Shown here: positions 8,455-17,603 of the stretch, one piece after another
Position numbering within the stretch: position 1 is the stretch's first letter
Layout: every line of letters starts with the position of its first letter
Assembly (NCBI GenBank): GCA_035314985.1
Contig: DATFYP010000101.1
Location: forward strand, 1 to 59,486
Length of the DNA stretch: 59,486 nucleotides
Direction: 5' to 3'
Source: Nitrososphaerales archaeon
GTDB taxonomy: Archaea; Thermoproteota; Nitrososphaeria; Nitrososphaerales; Gagatemarchaeaceae
Notes under the pieces: generated by a model
Told to the model about the DNA's origin: nothing
The model's input: only the letters and a program-made list of their open reading frames with translations
Database searches by the model: none
Position numbers and translations under genes: made by a program

Positions 8455-11298
8455 TTGAGCCCCGGCCATCCGTTCACCTCTCTCACCCCTGCGGTGCGAG
8501 GGTTCCTCGCTGAGTCGGGGATAACCGAGCCGACCCCTCCACAGGTGCAGGCGTGGCCCCTCATCGCCGAGGGGGAGAATGTCCTCATAGTGGCCCCCAC
8601 CGGCTCGGGGAAGACCGAGGCAGCCCTGCTCCCACTCCTCGGGAGAATCGCCGCGGGGGGACACGGGGAGGGGATATCGCTTCTCTACATCACGCCGATG
8701 AGGGCACTCAACCGTGACATGCTGAAGAGGCTCCAGGTCTGGTGCTCCAGGCTAGGGCTCACCGTCGACATCAGACACGGGGACACCCCTCAGAGTCAAC
8801 GCGCAAAGCAGTCCTCTCACCCCCCGGACGTGCTGGTGACCACCCCGGAGACGCTGCAGGCCATCCTCCCCGGGAGCAGGATGAGAGAGAACCTGGGGCA
8901 CCTCAAGGCCGTCGTCGTGGACGAGCTGCACAGCCTAGTCGAGAGCAAGAGGGGAGTGCAGCTCTGCGTCGGCCTGCAGAGGCTCAGACGGGTCGCAGGA
9001 GAGTTCCAACTTGTCGCGCTCTCTGCGACGGTGGGGACCCCCGATGTCGCGGCCCAGTTCCTTTTCGGCGGGAGGAAGCGGACCATAGTAAAGGCCGAGG
9101 CGCCGAAGGAATTCACATACAGCATAGAGTACCCGGTCCCCGACCCAGCAGACCAGACGACAGCCAGAGAGACCTACGCTGCCCCCGACCTCGCGGCGAG
9201 GCTGGCCCGGATCGACAGGCTGATCGAGGAGCACCGGTCGACTTTGATCTTCGTCAACGCGCGGACAGTTGGAGAGATGCTCGGCGAAAAGCTCGCGAGA
9301 CTCCGCAAAGACACCGCCGTTCATCATGGTTCTCTGCCGAGGGAGGAGAGGGAGAGGGTCGAACAGGCGTTCAAGTCGGGGCAGCTGAAGGCGCTCGTGT
9401 GCACGTCCACCCTTGAGCTGGGGATAGATGTCGGGTCGGTGGACCTCGTGGTGCAGTACATGTCCCCCCGACAGGTCACATCGCTGGTGCAGAGGGTCGG
9501 GAGGAGCGGCCATAGCCTGGGGAGGGTGTCGGAGGGAGTCCTGGTCACCGTGTCGGCCGACGACGTCCTCGAATCTTCGTCCAGCATCTTAGAAGCGCGC
9601 CGGGGAAAGATCGAGCCGACCAGGCCATATGTTAACTGCCTCGATGTGCTCGCCCACCAGGTCGCCGGGTACCTGATGGACCGGGAGAGCATCGAAGCGG
9701 GAGACCTGCTTGAGGAGGTGAGAGCTGCCTCGCCGTTCAAGGACCTCTCGGAGGAAGCGTTCTGGAGGACGGTGAAGTACCTGGCCGAGCTGAGGAAGAT
9801 AAGAATAGACGGGACCCGGCTCTCGAGGACGAGGCTGACCAGGGACTACTACTTCGAGAACCTCTCGATGATCCCCGACGAGACGAGGTACCTGGTCGTC
9901 GACGTCACGACCAACCAGTCGGTGGGGATACTCGGGGAGGAGTTCGTCCTTCTGAAGGCGAAGGTGGGGGTCCACTTCATCTGCAAGGGGAAAGTCTGGC
10001 AGATAGAGCAGATAGCCGACGACAGGAAGATCTACGTGACGCCGGCCGACGACCCGCTGGCGGCGCTGGCAACCTGGGACGGGGAGATGCTCCCAATCCC
10101 GTTCGGCCTGGCGCAGATGACGGGGAAGCTGCGCCGGGAGGTGTCCGAGGGGCTCGACAGCGGGGAGGAGGGGCTAGATGCTGTGCTGAAGAGGATCCCG
10201 GGAGACGCGGCCGCGAGAGCGCTGGTCGTGGACCAGATCTCGGAGCACAAGAAGATGGGGGCGGCGGTCCCCTCGGACAAGGTGATCCTATTCGAAGGGT
10301 TCGGGAAGTACCTGATCGTCCACCTGTGCTTCGGGGAGTCGGTGAACCGGACCTTCGCCTACGTTTTCGAGGAGATCCTGTCGAGGAGGGGCCTCGTCAG
10401 GGTCTGGTGGCTGGACGGCTACCGCCTCCTGATGGAGCTCACCACAGACACGGAAGAGCTCGACCTCGGCTCGGTGGCAAAGGAGCTGATGGGGCTGCAG
10501 CCGGAGGAGCTCGAAAGGACCTATGCGGTGGCTGCCCAGAGGAACTTCCCGTTCCCTTCACGAGTGAAGCAAGTCGCTGAGAGGTTCGGCGCCCTCAAGA
10601 GGGGGAAGCTGATAGCTCACCCGAACCTCTGCTCGCTCCCCACCCGTTTCGAGAAGACCCCGATATTCGAGGAGGCGCTTCAGGAGACCGGGCGGGACCT
10701 GATCGACATGGCGAGGGCGAAGGAAGTCCTCACGATGGTGGCAGACGGCAGGATCACGGTGGAGACCTACCTGGCGGGGGAGAGGCCGACGCCGATAGCC
10801 TACGCGCTTCTCTACCGGTACCTGGAGGTGCCTGAAGCGGTCGCTCCCGACTCCCTAGGGAGGACCTCCTACCAGCGCATGAAGGCCAGCATCTTCGGGA
10901 CCGAAGTGAGCATGCTGTGCTTCAAGTGCGGTCTCGACCAAGGATACGCCACGGTGGGGGATCTTGCCGAAGAGCCGAGGTGCCGCTCCTGCGGGTCCGG
11001 ACTCCTCGTGCCATGCTACTGGGGGACGGGCAAGGTTGGCGACCTCGTGCGGAGGAAAGCGTCAAAGGAACAGCTCAGCGATGAAGAGAGGGGAGAGCTC
11101 GCGAAGGCGAGGAGGGGTGCCGACCTCGTCCTTTCATACGGGAAGAAGGCCGTGGTCGCCCAGACGGTGTACGGGATAGGACCCCAGACGGCGTCAAGGA
11201 TCCTCGCGGAGATGCGAGATGACGAGGAGGCTTTCTACAGGGACCTCCTCGAGGCGAAGATCAGGTTCGTGACCACCAGACAGTTCTGGTCGAACTGA
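8455..11298 (+). CDS. Lhr-type (COG1201) SF2 helicase, paralogue 2, with C-terminal Zn-ribbon
   Basis: 947 aa with a TTG start. Motifs are APTGSGKTEAALLP, VVDELHSL, SATVG, TSTLELGIDVG and QRVGRSGHS. The C-terminus carries CFKCG...CRSCGS. The architecture matches 2206..5058. Confidence 0.85.
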   Translation: MSPGHPFTSLTPAVRGFLAESGITEPTPPQVQAWPLIAEGENVLIVAPTGSGKTEAALLPLLGRIAAGGHGEGISLLYITPMRALNRDMLKRLQVWCSRLGLTVDIRHGDTPQSQRAKQSSHPPDVLVTTPETLQAILPGSRMRENLGHLKAVVVDELHSLVESKRGVQLCVGLQRLRRVAGEFQLVALSATVGTPDVAAQFLFGGRKRTIVKAEAPKEFTYSIEYPVPDPADQTTARETYAAPDLAARLARIDRLIEEHRSTLIFVNARTVGEMLGEKLARLRKDTAVHHGSLPREERERVEQAFKSGQLKALVCTSTLELGIDVGSVDLVVQYMSPRQVTSLVQRVGRSGHSLGRVSEGVLVTVSADDVLESSSSILEARRGKIEPTRPYVNCLDVLAHQVAGYLMDRESIEAGDLLEEVRAASPFKDLSEEAFWRTVKYLAELRKIRIDGTRLSRTRLTRDYYFENLSMIPDETRYLVVDVTTNQSVGILGEEFVLLKAKVGVHFICKGKVWQIEQIADDRKIYVTPADDPLAALATWDGEMLPIPFGLAQMTGKLRREVSEGLDSGEEGLDAVLKRIPGDAAARALVVDQISEHKKMGAAVPSDKVILFEGFGKYLIVHLCFGESVNRTFAYVFEEILSRRGLVRVWWLDGYRLLMELTTDTEELDLGSVAKELMGLQPEELERTYAVAAQRNFPFPSRVKQVAERFGALKRGKLIAHPNLCSLPTRFEKTPIFEEALQETGRDLIDMARAKEVLTMVADGRITVETYLAGERPTPIAYALLYRYLEVPEAVAPDSLGRTSYQRMKASIFGTEVSMLCFKCGLDQGYATVGDLAEEPRCRSCGSGLLVPCYWGTGKVGDLVRRKASKEQLSDEERGELAKARRGADLVLSYGKKAVVAQTVYGIGPQTASRILAEMRDDEEAFYRDLLEAKIRFVTTRQFWSN

Positions 11299-11333
11299 AA
11301 AGCCATTAACGGGGGGAGCGGAGGCAGGTCGCA

Positions 11334-12017
11334 TTGGTACTAGCGGGGAAGGTCTTCCTGGTCAGAGAGAACTACGACATGGACGTCCTGGCCGAGAAGC
11401 TCAAGGCGTTCAGGATTGAAACGGAGACCAGCGTCGAAGAGCAGGAGTTCAAGCTCGTCTCAGAGATCAAGGACCTCAGCGCCGGCAAGGGGACGCTGGA
11501 AGGGACATTCACCTTCGACTCAGTGTTCATCGTGCGCCACAGGGGGAAGGCGGTGCCCGTCCCGAGGACCTACGAGGCACCGTTTGCCTTCGACCAATCA
11601 AAGGAAAGGCTGTTTTTGACGGTCTACGACAAGAAAAACAGGGCCAACAACATAGCGAACGAGATAAGCAAGGCGGTCTTCCTGAGCCTCGGGCAGATCG
11701 TGGAAGCCAGAATCGACCCCGAGACGCTGAAGAAGTTCCACGAGGCGAACTTTGACGACACGAAAATCATATTTTTCGATGACGTAGACCTGCCGAACAT
11801 AGACAAGCTGTCGCTGTACGGCGCGGGGCTAGGGAGCACGAGCCTGTACTCGGACTACCTGACCCATGGGAAGCTCTGGTACATAGTGATCAAGAGCAGG
11901 AAGACGGGGTACGTTCTCGGCGTGACGAGGAACTGTGTGGTTACCGGGTTCAGCAAGATGGACATGAACGAGTTCACCTCCTTCATCAAGACGGAGATTA
12001 TCCCGCTGATCGCCTAG
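11334..12017 (+). CDS. hypothetical protein inserted between the Lhr helicase and the MPE phosphoesterase
   Basis: 227-aa ORF with good coding appearance and no recognisable motif. Its stop lies 1 nt before the start of the next gene. Confidence 0.5.
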   Translation: MVLAGKVFLVRENYDMDVLAEKLKAFRIETETSVEEQEFKLVSEIKDLSAGKGTLEGTFTFDSVFIVRHRGKAVPVPRTYEAPFAFDQSKERLFLTVYDKKNRANNIANEISKAVFLSLGQIVEARIDPETLKKFHEANFDDTKIIFFDDVDLPNIDKLSLYGAGLGSTSLYSDYLTHGKLWYIVIKSRKTGYVLGVTRNCVVTGFSKMDMNEFTSFIKTEIIPLIA

Positions 12018-12018
12018 C

Positions 12019-12777
12019 TTGCTGAAGATAGTCCCCGGCGAAGCCGCACTCGTGTTCGAGAACTCGGGCCAGAAGACGCTCCTCATCTCGGACCTGCATC
12101 TGGGCCTGGAGAAGGAGATGGCGCGGAAGGGCTTCCGTCTGCCGTCTTACACCGTGAGGATGGTCGGAAAGGTGAGGGACCTCGCCGAAAGGTGCGGGAC
12201 GACGAAGCTCGCCGTGCTCGGGGACGTGAAGCACTCCGTGGGGAAGGTCGAAGACATAGACTGGAGCGCCGTCCCATGGTTCTTCGACACGATGCTGGAC
12301 CTCTTCGAGACGGTCGAGGTCGTCCCTGGAAACCACGACGGGAACCTGCGGACAGTCCTCCCTCAGCGGGTGACCCTCCATCCGTCTCATGGGACGGTGC
12401 TGGGGCAGGGGAGGGGAAGGGTCGGGGTCTGCCATGGCCATGCCTGGCCTTCAGAGGAGGCGATCTTGACGCGCAACCTGGTCATAGGCCACTCTCACTT
12501 CACATACGAGATGAGGGACAACCTGGGGTCGAGGTCTCGGGAATCGGTATGGGTTTTCACGAGCTACCGGGTGAGGGAACTGATGGAAGGGGCCGGGTTC
12601 GGCGTGAAGGGAAGTGGCGAGGGCAAGCTCACGGTCATGCCGCCCTTCAATAGGCTTGTCGGAGGACAGCCGATCAACAGGAGCAAGTCGTTCCAGTTCG
12701 GCCCGGTGCTTTCATCAAGGTCCGTCAATCTGGACGGGGCCGATATCTTCCTGCTGGACGGAACGAGGGTCAGCTAG
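12019..12777 (+). CDS. binuclear metallophosphoesterase (COG1407 / MPE type, Lhr-associated)
   Basis: LLISDLHLGLE, AVLGDVKH, VVPGNHD and GVCHGHAWP are the calcineurin-like phosphoesterase motifs. Confidence 0.8.
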   Translation: MLKIVPGEAALVFENSGQKTLLISDLHLGLEKEMARKGFRLPSYTVRMVGKVRDLAERCGTTKLAVLGDVKHSVGKVEDIDWSAVPWFFDTMLDLFETVEVVPGNHDGNLRTVLPQRVTLHPSHGTVLGQGRGRVGVCHGHAWPSEEAILTRNLVIGHSHFTYEMRDNLGSRSRESVWVFTSYRVRELMEGAGFGVKGSGEGKLTVMPPFNRLVGGQPINRSKSFQFGPVLSSRSVNLDGADIFLLDGTRVS

Positions 12778-12783
12778 GCTGAA

Positions 12784-13143
12784 CTAGCGCGCGTCGGGAG
12801 ACCTGCCGTCTATCGCCTTTTTCAGGAACTGCTCCAAAGAAGCCTCTCCGACTGCGCCTATCACAGCGTCCATGGGCTGGCCGCTCTTGAAGACCATGAA
12901 TGTCGGGATTGAGAAGACCTGGTAGCGCGAGGAGATGTTCATCTCCTCGTCAACGTTCACCTTGCCGAAGACGACCCTGTCGGAGTACTTCGCAGCAAGC
13001 CTCTCGACGATGGGGTCCATGACTCGGCAGGGACCGCACCATGTCGCCCAAAAGTCAACGAACAAAGGCTTCCCCCCGGAGCTCATCTGTTCGAAGTTTC
13101 CATCGGTCAGTCTAACGGTTGAACTTCCTTGAAGTCTTGACAA
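12784..13143 (-). CDS. trxA: thioredoxin
   Basis: FVDFWATWCGPCRVMDPIVERLAAKY...IPTFMVFKSGQ contains the classical WCGPC motif. Confidence 0.9.
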   Translation of the reverse strand: MSRLQGSSTVRLTDGNFEQMSSGGKPLFVDFWATWCGPCRVMDPIVERLAAKYSDRVVFGKVNVDEEMNISSRYQVFSIPTFMVFKSGQPMDAVIGAVGEASLEQFLKKAIDGRSPDAR

Positions 13144-13213
13144 CGATTCAGTCGCTTGAGATTTGATTTGCGATGTCTATTTAAGATTGAAGCTGCAAAT
13201 TCTGTCCACCAAA

Positions 13214-13774
13214 ATGCAGGAGGACATTTTCGCAGCCCTTGTCACGAAGTTGGGAAGCCAAGAGCCACAGACGAGGGAGAAGAGGCGCGCGGCCGTCTCA
13301 GTCGTGCTGAGCGACCGAGGCGCGCCGAAGATCCTCCTGATCAAGAGGTCGGAGAGGGAGGGAGACCCTTGGTCGGGCCAGATAGCATTCCCGGGCGGGA
13401 AGTTCCAGGAAGGCGACGACTCTCTGAAGGCCACTGCGGTGAGAGAGGCCCGGGAAGAGGTCGGCATCGACCTTGACCTGTTCTCAGAATTCCTAGGCTA
13501 CCTTGGTTCGTTCAAGACGCACACGGGTGGCATGGAAGTGGTCCCCGTGGTCTTCCTGTTGAAGGAGCAGGTCGGCGTGAAAACAAACAAGGAGGCGACA
13601 TCGTACATGTGGATAGACCTAGCGAAATTGGCGTCCGGCGATGCCAAGTCCACATACAGACTGGACTTCAGAGACGATGCCAGAGAGGTACCTGCCTTCC
13701 GGGTGGGCGACTACGCCATCTGGGGGTTGACTCACAGGATAATCTCGTCGCTCGTCGAGGGGATTCTAGTCTGA
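13214..13774 (+). CDS. Nudix hydrolase, CoA-pyrophosphatase-like
   Basis: LLIKRSEREGDPWSGQIAFPGGK plus the Nudix box GDDSLKATAVREAREEVGI. The start is set at the internal ATG (MQEDIF). Confidence 0.8.
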   Translation: MQEDIFAALVTKLGSQEPQTREKRRAAVSVVLSDRGAPKILLIKRSEREGDPWSGQIAFPGGKFQEGDDSLKATAVREAREEVGIDLDLFSEFLGYLGSFKTHTGGMEVVPVVFLLKEQVGVKTNKEATSYMWIDLAKLASGDAKSTYRLDFRDDAREVPAFRVGDYAIWGLTHRIISSLVEGILV

Positions 13775-14227
13775 CTCCAGGTACTTCACAATCGTCTTCA
13801 AAGTTTCGGGGTGCGCGCGAAGATACTGGACTAGCCTTTCCAGCCGCCTGATGGTTGTGGAATGCACGTGGTGCTCGATTCCTTCTGTGTCCTCGAAGGC
13901 TGTCTGGTCGTCAACGCCTATCATTGACATGAATTCTGCGATGACTTGATGCCTTCTGATTACGGATTTTGCGACTCGCTCACCGATGGGAGTGAGCTTC
14001 ATGCCGTGATACGGCCGGTATTCCAGGTACCCCTTTGCGGCCAACTTCCCGATCATGTTCGACACCGTGGGGGGCCTGACCTCAAGGGCGGTGGAGATGT
14101 CCGAGGTGGTGGCGTGCCCCCTGTCCTTGATCAGATGGTATACCGTCTCAAGGTAGTCCTCGGAGCGGGGGGTGTTCTCAACGGCGCCCTCGTGGCTTGG
14201 CATCGCCCTTGCAGACCTGCTCACCAT
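13766..14227 (-). CDS. mntR: DtxR/MntR-family metal-dependent transcriptional repressor
   Basis: EDYLETVYHL...ATTSDISTALEVRPPTVSNMIGKLAAKGYLEYRPYHGMKLTPIGE...RRHQVIAEFM...EGIEHH. Confidence 0.85.
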   Translation of the reverse strand: MVSRSARAMPSHEGAVENTPRSEDYLETVYHLIKDRGHATTSDISTALEVRPPTVSNMIGKLAAKGYLEYRPYHGMKLTPIGERVAKSVIRRHQVIAEFMSMIGVDDQTAFEDTEGIEHHVHSTTIRRLERLVQYLRAHPETLKTIVKYLESD

Positions 14228-14242
14228 TCAAAAGCATATAAG

Positions 14243-14256
14243 TTAGATATATCTAA
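14243..14256. promoter_or_regulatory. perfect 14-bp palindrome in the mntR/mntH divergent intergenic region (candidate MntR operator overlapping an A/T box)
   Basis: TTAGATATATCTAA is its own reverse complement. It lies 36 nt upstream of the mntH start and 16 nt from the mntR ORF start. Confidence 0.45.
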
Positions 14257-14291
14257 AAATCCTAAGACACGTCTAAATTCGGTGCCTTGCG

Positions 14292-15560
14292 TTGAAAAGT
14301 ACAATCGTCAGCTCGCTTAGGGAGTTCTTCGTCTACCTCGGGCCGGCCCTCATCGTCAGCATGGCGTACATGGACCCCGGCAACTACGGAACCGCTATTC
14401 AGAGCGGAGCCCTCTTCCAGAACGACCTGGTCTGGACCGTCTGGCTCGCGAGCCTGATGGCCATGGAGCTGCAGTACCTTTCAGGGAAGCTCGGAATAGC
14501 GACCGGGAAGAGCCTGCCGGAACTGATCCGCTCGTCCCTTGGCTCCAGGTACCGCGTCTTCACCTACTGGCTGGCGGCGGAGGCGGCGTCGGCGGCGACC
14601 GACCTCGCAGAGTACCTGGGGACGGTCCTAGCCTTGAACATACTGTTCCAGATCCCCCTTCCCATCGCAGGACTGCTCGGGGCGCTCGACGTTCTCATAA
14701 TCCTAGCCTTTGCGACGAGGAGATTCAGGATCATCGAATACCTGTTCATGCTGTCCGTCACCGTCATCAGCATGGGCTTCGTCTATGAGATCTACGCTCT
14801 AGGGCCGAACCTCGCGGACATAGCGACCCACACCTTTCTGCCCTCTCTGACCCAGGGCAACATCCCCTTCGTCGTGGGAATTGTGGGCGCCACTGTCATG
14901 CCTCACGCACTGTATGTGCACTCGCACCTCGCGAAGAACAAGCTGAGGGACGGGACCATCGAGGAGAAGAGGCGGGTCAGGAAGCTGCATCTCTACGAGT
15001 GCGTCTTCACTCTGACGATCGCCGCGTTGGTCAACGTGGCAATCCTCGTGACGGCCGCCGCCGTGCTCTTCCCGTCCCACGGGGCACTGCCCAGTTGTGC
15101 CAACGACCTCGCCGGCTGCGCCAATTCGCTTACGGTACCTGACGCCGCCAGCGTCCTGGGGGCGCTGTACGGGTCACTGGCGGTCACAGTCTTTGCCATC
15201 ACACTTCTCTTTTCGGGGCTGGCCTCTTCGACCACGGGGACGCTTGCGGGGCAGGCCATAATGGAAGGACTGCTGGGGAGCAAGGTCAACGTCTACGTCA
15301 GAAGGCTTGTCACCAGGTTCATCAACGTGGTTCCGACCGAGGTCGCAATCTTGCTTGGGCTGAGCCCGCTGTCTCTCCTGGTCTACAGCCAAGTGATCCT
15401 CAGCATCATGATCCCCCTTCCCATGATTCCTCTGCTCTACTACACGGCCAAGAGGAGCGTGATGGGGGAATTCGTGAACAGAAGAGTGACGACGGTAATT
15501 GCTCTCGTTTTCGGGGGGACGATACTGGCCCTGAACGCCTACCTACTTCTTACCCTCTAG
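14292..15560 (+). CDS. mntH: NRAMP-family Mn2+/Fe2+ transporter
   Basis: GPALIVSMAYMDPGNYGTAIQSGA carries the DPGN motif, and ATVMPHALYVHS is also present. The protein is multi-TM and 422 aa long. Confidence 0.9.
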   Translation: MKSTIVSSLREFFVYLGPALIVSMAYMDPGNYGTAIQSGALFQNDLVWTVWLASLMAMELQYLSGKLGIATGKSLPELIRSSLGSRYRVFTYWLAAEAASAATDLAEYLGTVLALNILFQIPLPIAGLLGALDVLIILAFATRRFRIIEYLFMLSVTVISMGFVYEIYALGPNLADIATHTFLPSLTQGNIPFVVGIVGATVMPHALYVHSHLAKNKLRDGTIEEKRRVRKLHLYECVFTLTIAALVNVAILVTAAAVLFPSHGALPSCANDLAGCANSLTVPDAASVLGALYGSLAVTVFAITLLFSGLASSTTGTLAGQAIMEGLLGSKVNVYVRRLVTRFINVVPTEVAILLGLSPLSLLVYSQVILSIMIPLPMIPLLYYTAKRSVMGEFVNRRVTTVIALVFGGTILALNAYLLLTL

Positions 15561-16040
15561 CGCGTCGCCGCGAGCCGCCCTGAGCCTGTTTACTTCGGTC
15601 AGCTCGAATGGGAAGACAATCCATTTGTCCACGACCTCCAGGTAGTAATCAGGCTCGAACTTGCTCCATGGCTTCTTGAAAAGGACGGCTGTCTGGAGGA
15701 GGTTCGGGCGCTGGTCTGCTAGGTACTTCTTCACCATCTCCATTGTGACGCCGTGGTCGACCAAGTCATCCACAAGGAGAATGCTCTTCCCGCTGACCCC
15801 CTCTGTGAGGGTTGACAGGATCTTGGGGGACGTCCTCTCGGCGATCCCCTTGTAGGACTTCACGTTGATGAAGTCTATCTTGACCCCCAGGTGGTCTGAC
15901 ACCACCATGGCGACGGGGATGCCCCCTCTGGCGATGCCTATGACGAGGTCGAATGGCTTGTCGCTGGAACGCACCTTCTCTGCCAAGGCCTCAGCCAGGT
16001 TGCCGTATTCGGGCCAGCTGATGTACCTGAACTCGGTCAT
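15543..16040 (-). CDS. purine (hypoxanthine/guanine-type) phosphoribosyltransferase
   Basis: FDLVIGIARGGIPVAMVVSD and the PRPP loop ILLVDDLVDHGVTM. The start is set at MTEFRY because the longer ORF start (16127) would overrun the tRNA-like gene. Confidence 0.8.
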   Translation of the reverse strand: MTEFRYISWPEYGNLAEALAEKVRSSDKPFDLVIGIARGGIPVAMVVSDHLGVKIDFINVKSYKGIAERTSPKILSTLTEGVSGKSILLVDDLVDHGVTMEMVKKYLADQRPNLLQTAVLFKKPWSKFEPDYYLEVVDKWIVFPFELTEVNRLRAARGDALEGKK

Positions 16041-16103
16041 CGTTTCTTCAGCTGCGGAACCGTAGATAACTCTTCGAAGGGTTTCCGTACAGGCGGATGT
16101 GAG

Positions 16104-16210
16104 TGGGCCGGGGCGGATTTGGACCACCGACCTTGGCGCGCCTCGCGTTTCGCCGTGTAAGGGCTTGATGGGCGAACCCTGACATCCTAACCAGGCTAGA
16201 CGACCGGCCC
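16104..16210 (-). tRNA. tRNA-Val(UAC)-like gene with three very short insertions and an atypical T-loop (possible pseudogene)
   Basis: Acceptor GGGCCGG pairs with CCGGCCC. The D-arm is GTCT-AGCCTGGTTA-GGAT. An anticodon arm TCGCC/CTTACAC/GGCGA exists only if 7-, 9- and 16-nt inserts are removed. The T-arm is GGTGG-TCCAAAT-CCGCC, with C at position 55. An A/T box ttctaataag lies about 25 nt upstream. Confidence 0.4.
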
Positions 16211-16317
16211 GAATCTCACGCGATTCGGTCTTCTAATAAGCCTTGGAGTAAGCAGTGAAATCGACTATAAGCTTGGGAAGACGGAGTCGCGGGGGAGACC
16301 AGTTGCCGAAGCACGAG

Positions 16318-17586
16318 ATGAAGATAACCGCCGTGAAGGCGAGACAAGTCCTCGACTCGCGAGGGAATCCCACGGTCGAGGCGGAAGTGTTCGCCGGCCG
16401 AATGGTCGGCAGAGCGAGCGTGCCTTCGGGGGCCTCGACAGGCTCCCACGAAGCCCTGGAGCTGAGGGACGGGGACAAGAGAAGGTTTCACGGAAGAGGG
16501 GTCACGAAGGCCGTCCACAACGTGAACTCCGTGATCGGGCCCAGACTCAGAGGAATCCCCTGCACGGACCAGAAGGCAATCGACACTATGATGGTGGAGT
16601 TGGACGGGACTGCCGAGAAGTCAAGACTGGGGGCGAACGCGATTCTGGCGGTGTCAATGGCGACGGCCAGAGCGGCGGCGAATGCCCGCAGAGTCAGCCT
16701 CTACTCCCAACTGAGAGCCGGCAAGGGCTACGCGCTTCCGGTTCCCATGATGAACGTAATCAACGGCGGGCAGCACGCCGGGAATGAGTTGGCGGTCCAG
16801 GAGTTCCTCATTGAACCCGTCGGTGCCAAGAGCTGCGGCGAGGGCATACGGATGGGAACAGAAGTCTACCAGTCGCTGAAGGCGATCCTCACGAAGAAGT
16901 ACGGCAGGGGCGCGATAAACGTCGGAGACGAGGGAGGGTTTGCTCCCCAATTCAGCAAGACGAGGGACGCCCTCGGTGCCATCTCCGAGGCAATCAGAGA
17001 CAGCGGCCACGAAGCTGAGGTGAGAATCGGGATCGACGCAGCGGCCTCGGAGTTCTACGACGGTAAGAGGGACAAGTACACGCTCGACGGGACGACGATG
17101 GGAGCCGCCAAGCTCGAAGACTTCTACGCTGCTCTACATGACGAATTCGCTCTGCTCAGCATTGAGGATCCGTTCAGCGAGGGCTCGGCAGGGGACTTCT
17201 CCTCGATTACCAAGAGACTTGGGAAGACGATGAAGATCATCGGCGACGACATCTACGTCACCGACACCTCTAGGATCAGGGAGGGGATGCGCGCGCGGAC
17301 ATCCAACGCCGTCCTGATCAAGCTCAACCAGGTCGGCACCGTCACAGAGACGGAGGAGGCCATCGAGCTTGCCCGCGGGGGCGGGTGGTGCGTCGCCGTG
17401 TCCCACAGGTCGGGGGAGACAGAGGACCCGTTCATCGCGCACTTGGCGACGGCCTTCGAGTCCGAGTTCATCAAGACTGGAGCTCCAGCCCGCGGGGAGA
17501 GGATCGCGAAGTACAACGAGCTGATCCGGATAGAAGAGGAGCTGGGGCCCAGGGCGCGCTATTCGGGACCAAAGTTGGTCAGATAG
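16318..17586 (+). CDS. eno: enolase
   Basis: MKITAVKARQVLDSRGNPTVEAEV, SGASTGSHEALELRD, LIKLNQVGTVTE and SHRSGETED. Confidence 0.95.
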   Translation: MKITAVKARQVLDSRGNPTVEAEVFAGRMVGRASVPSGASTGSHEALELRDGDKRRFHGRGVTKAVHNVNSVIGPRLRGIPCTDQKAIDTMMVELDGTAEKSRLGANAILAVSMATARAAANARRVSLYSQLRAGKGYALPVPMMNVINGGQHAGNELAVQEFLIEPVGAKSCGEGIRMGTEVYQSLKAILTKKYGRGAINVGDEGGFAPQFSKTRDALGAISEAIRDSGHEAEVRIGIDAAASEFYDGKRDKYTLDGTTMGAAKLEDFYAALHDEFALLSIEDPFSEGSAGDFSSITKRLGKTMKIIGDDIYVTDTSRIREGMRARTSNAVLIKLNQVGTVTETEEAIELARGGGWCVAVSHRSGETEDPFIAHLATAFESEFIKTGAPARGERIAKYNELIRIEEELGPRARYSGPKLVR

Positions 17587-17603
17587 GAGATAGCTGAAGA
17601 AAG

